A DNA stretch of 64,000 nt from Parcubacteria group bacterium (GTDB lineage: Bacteria > Patescibacteriota > Minisyncoccia > Moranbacterales > GCA-2747515), in assembly GCA_041660065.1 (NCBI GenBank), contig JBAZXC010000002.1, positions 240,768-304,767 of the forward strand, written 5' to 3'. Numbering within the stretch: the first letter of the stretch is position 1; the number at the start of each line of letters is the position of its first letter. Below, piece by piece: positions 61,596-64,000 of the stretch. Below the pieces are notes generated by a model. The model was given only the letters and a program-made list of their open reading frames with translations. It did no database searches and was not told the origin of the DNA. A program made the position numbers and the translations under genes.

Positions 61596-62186
61596 ATGAA
61601 TATCAAAAATCAAAAATTACAAAAACTTAACGAAACTATGCATGTACTATGTGCTTGCACGCTCAAAGCAACGGCAACACACGTTGTACCGGGCAAGGGA
61701 AGTGCGGATGCAAAAATCATGTTTATCGGTGAGGCTCCTGGCGCAAAAGAGGATGCCCTGGGAGAACCATTTGTCGGTGCGGCAGGGAAATTTTTGAGCG
61801 AATTATTGGCAACAATTGATCTTAAAAGGGAAGATATTTATATTACAAATGTCGTGAAATATCGTCCGCCGGAAAATCGCGACCCTTTGCCAGAAGAGGT
61901 TGCTGATTGCTGGTTGTGGCTACAAGAGCAAGTAAAGCTGATCGACCCGCTGCTCATTGTACCACTTGGTCGCCACGCACTTGAACGCTTCGTGCCCGGA
62001 AGACGTATTTCTCTGGATCATGGCAAAGCATTTCGCCGTACGATTGATGGACTCGGCGAACGAGTATATTATGCGCTTTATCACCCTGCGGCAGCACTCT
62101 ATAATGGGGGATTGCGTCAAACACTTTTTGATGATTTTATAAACATTCCAAAGATCATTAGCAAGATCGAGAAAGGTAAGAGATAA
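61596..62186 (+). CDS. Uracil-DNA glycosylase, family 4
   Basis: [33 protein letters not shown]. Confidence 0.92.
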   Translation: MNIKNQKLQKLNETMHVLCACTLKATATHVVPGKGSADAKIMFIGEAPGAKEDALGEPFVGAAGKFLSELLATIDLKREDIYITNVVKYRPPENRDPLPEEVADCWLWLQEQVKLIDPLLIVPLGRHALERFVPGRRISLDHGKAFRRTIDGLGERVYYALYHPAAALYNGGLRQTLFDDFINIPKIISKIEKGKR

Positions 62187-62337
62187 AATGCTGCACAAAA
62201 ATCAATCTTTTTGCGTTGACGGTAACGATAAATTTTGATATTCTTACATTTGTAAACGGTTATGTGGCCGAGTGGTTATCTACCTGCGGTGCATATGGGT
62301 ACTAAAGTTTATTGCATTTTGTGTTTTTGTTTATTTT

Positions 62338-62408
62338 GGTCGTGTGGCCGAGTGGTTAGGCAAGGGTCTGCAAAACCCTGTACCCCGGTTCAAATCCGGG
62401 CGCGACCT
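62338..62408 (+). tRNA. tRNA-Cys(GCA)
   Basis: AGGGT-CTGCAAA-ACCCT anticodon arm; U discriminator. Confidence 0.93.
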
Positions 62409-62431
62409 CATTATTAAAGAAAAATTTTCAT

Positions 62432-62516
62432 GCCCAGGTGGTGGAATTGGTAGACACGAGGGACTTAAAATCCCTTGGATGAATAATTCGTGCGAGTTCA
62501 AGTCTCGCCCTGGGCA
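62432..62516 (+). tRNA. tRNA-Leu(TAA)
   Basis: GGGA-CTTAAAA-TCCC anticodon arm; long variable arm. Confidence 0.93.
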
Positions 62517-62621
62517 CAAAGTGCCAAAAGGTTTTCAAAATCGTAAAAAGAGGTAAAATATGCATAGGTTCTTTTATATTTTTATGTCATGATCCACCTA
62601 TTACATCATGGAGGTGCGTGT

Positions 62622-62801
62622 ATGGTTTTTGACAAAATATTGTTGTGGACAATGCTCGTTTTTTTTGTGATAAGCTTGTTTCCGATGATTTATAAATATA
62701 TCATCAAGCCTTTTGTTGAATTTTTCAGGTGGCGCAATGAACGTGAAAGGTTGCACGCCATGCGAACAAAAATCTCCACCTACCCGCAAGGAGGGGACTG
62801 A
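62622..62801 (+). CDS. Small single-TM protein
   Basis: GGAGGT SD; MVFDKILLWTMLVFFVISLF... Confidence 0.55.
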   Translation: MVFDKILLWTMLVFFVISLFPMIYKYIIKPFVEFFRWRNERERLHAMRTKISTYPQGGD

Positions 62802-62803
62802 TC

Positions 62804-62923
62804 ATGATAACAAAAACCATGACACATGCACAACATCTTGTACAAATAATCGTTTTTGTAGTTTTGTCTCTTATGGTACTTGCCGTTTGTGTCAGTATCT
62901 ACCCACGGAGAAGAAAAAAGTGA
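62804..62923 (+). CDS. 39-aa single-TM peptide
   Basis: AAGGAGG SD; MITKTMTHAQHLVQIIVFVVLSLMVLAVCVSIYPRRRKK. Confidence 0.5.
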   Translation: MITKTMTHAQHLVQIIVFVVLSLMVLAVCVSIYPRRRKK

Positions 62924-62993
62924 AAGAAGAAATAATAGAAAACGCCTGTTGCAGTAATTGCAACAGGCGCCTTCTTTTTATTTATCGTTTTGT

Positions 62994-63521
62994 TTATATT
63001 ACAACATATGCTTCAAATTGTTGTCGTCCGAAAGCAAACGCCTCACTTTTTGTTTCCATATAGATATCAAATCGATTGTTTTTGATCGCACCACCTCGGT
63101 CCTCACAAATATAGGTACCCATACCTTCAATATGAATTTTAGTACCAAATTTATATTCTTTTGGACACGCGAGCGTACGATTTTCTTTTACTTTGTTTCC
63201 AGAAGCGGTGATCCCATCACTTTTTCCACACTCATCTGCTGCAGCCGTATAGGCTGAAGCATTGATCGTGAATTTTTGTGGTTCCGGTTCTTTGTAGGCT
63301 GCTTTTTGGTAGTTACCACCTGCTATGCCACATGCAAGACCACCATTATTTGTATCAAGATATGTTTTTTGTGTTTTTTCGTCTTTTGTTTCATTTATGT
63401 TCTCCTGTGCTTGTGCAACCGGTGTTGCCAGCACCATCAATACTCCTATAAATAAAAGATATCTCATTAAAGAGATCAAATGTTTAGCATGTCTATGATA
63501 CTTCACCGAAGCTTTTCTCAT
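62994..63521 (-). CDS. 3D-domain cell-wall protein
   Basis: SAYT...DGITASG...CEDRGGAIKNNRFDIY; the start may be 63467. Confidence 0.88.
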   Translation of the reverse strand: MRKASVKYHRHAKHLISLMRYLLFIGVLMVLATPVAQAQENINETKDEKTQKTYLDTNNGGLACGIAGGNYQKAAYKEPEPQKFTINASAYTAAADECGKSDGITASGNKVKENRTLACPKEYKFGTKIHIEGMGTYICEDRGGAIKNNRFDIYMETKSEAFAFGRQQFEAYVVI

Positions 63522-63603
63522 AGGAACATGGTCAACAAAAAATAGCCGGTATTTTATGTCAACCGAATATTATATCACAATAATCAAGTTTTGTCAATAT
63601 CCA

Positions 63604-63912
63604 CTAAGCGGATTTTTGAATTACGGCTTTAAGGTCTTTTTTGCAATTATCGATTTCCTCATCGATGATCTGATCAGCGTTGTCCACAAAATGATCGATA
63701 AAAAGAAGGATTTTATCAGGGTTATCCTTATTGGCATTGATTTTATCGATAAAAACCTGCTTTTTTTCCTCCGGTGTATTGTTAATGAGACGTAACACGA
63801 TCCTATTGGTAAGCAATGCATTGATCTCATCCAATAGAAAGAGCTTCTTGGTTTCTGTGATTTCGCCAAGATTAAGATCCTCAAGAATTGTGGTTGGTGT
63901 TTTTGTTTTCAT
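63604..63912 (-). CDS. Hypothetical helical protein
   Basis: 102-aa ORF. Confidence 0.7.
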   Translation of the reverse strand: MKTKTPTTILEDLNLGEITETKKLFLLDEINALLTNRIVLRLINNTPEEKKQVFIDKINANKDNPDKILLFIDHFVDNADQIIDEEIDNCKKDLKAVIQKSA

Positions 63913-64000
63913 ATATTTCCTAATTTTTCTTGTTCTGCTTCAATTTCTTTGGAGGTAAGTATGTTTGATGAGTTGGATAAATCAAATGATCGAGGAGTAG

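Noticed and set aside
62272-62556. ORFs on both strands
   Set aside because: They overlap tRNA-Cys and tRNA-Leu.
63909-64000. 3' end of a minus-strand gene at the window edge
   Set aside because: Two open frames fit and the fragment is too short to choose between them.

Overview
64 kb of a bacterial chromosome, most likely Patescibacteria/CPR (Parcubacteria-like). This is inferred from gene content, core genes lacking Shine-Dalgarno sequences and CPR-typical families. Core genes include gyrA, rplS, pnp, rpsO, rpsA, tilS, ftsH, rbfA, ldh, comM/yraN/radC and a split class III ribonucleotide reductase (nrdD, a separate glycyl-radical peptide, nrdG). There are nine tRNA genes; tRNA-Phe(GAA) is interrupted by a 236-nt group I intron. 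Seven perfect parS palindromes cluster at 59.3-60.0 kb. Three accessory regions stand out. (1) 47.6-53.6 kb: one strong promoter with a boxA-like site reads into an array of 11 variable-length hairpins with conserved termini. These separate small-protein genes, large ORF-free structured segments and three copies of a covarying 76-nt RNA motif. No integrase, cas or reverse transcriptase gene is in the window. (2) 18.4-24.5 kb: two tandem units share the same 5' and 3' flanks but carry unrelated cargo, proABC versus a Gfo/nucleotidyltransferase/NUDIX set. The Gfo gene is bracketed by a perfect 23-bp inverted repeat. (3) 29.1-32.5 kb: a TrmB-family regulator diverges from a CoaB-like/CoaC-like/CoaB-aldolase-fusion operon.
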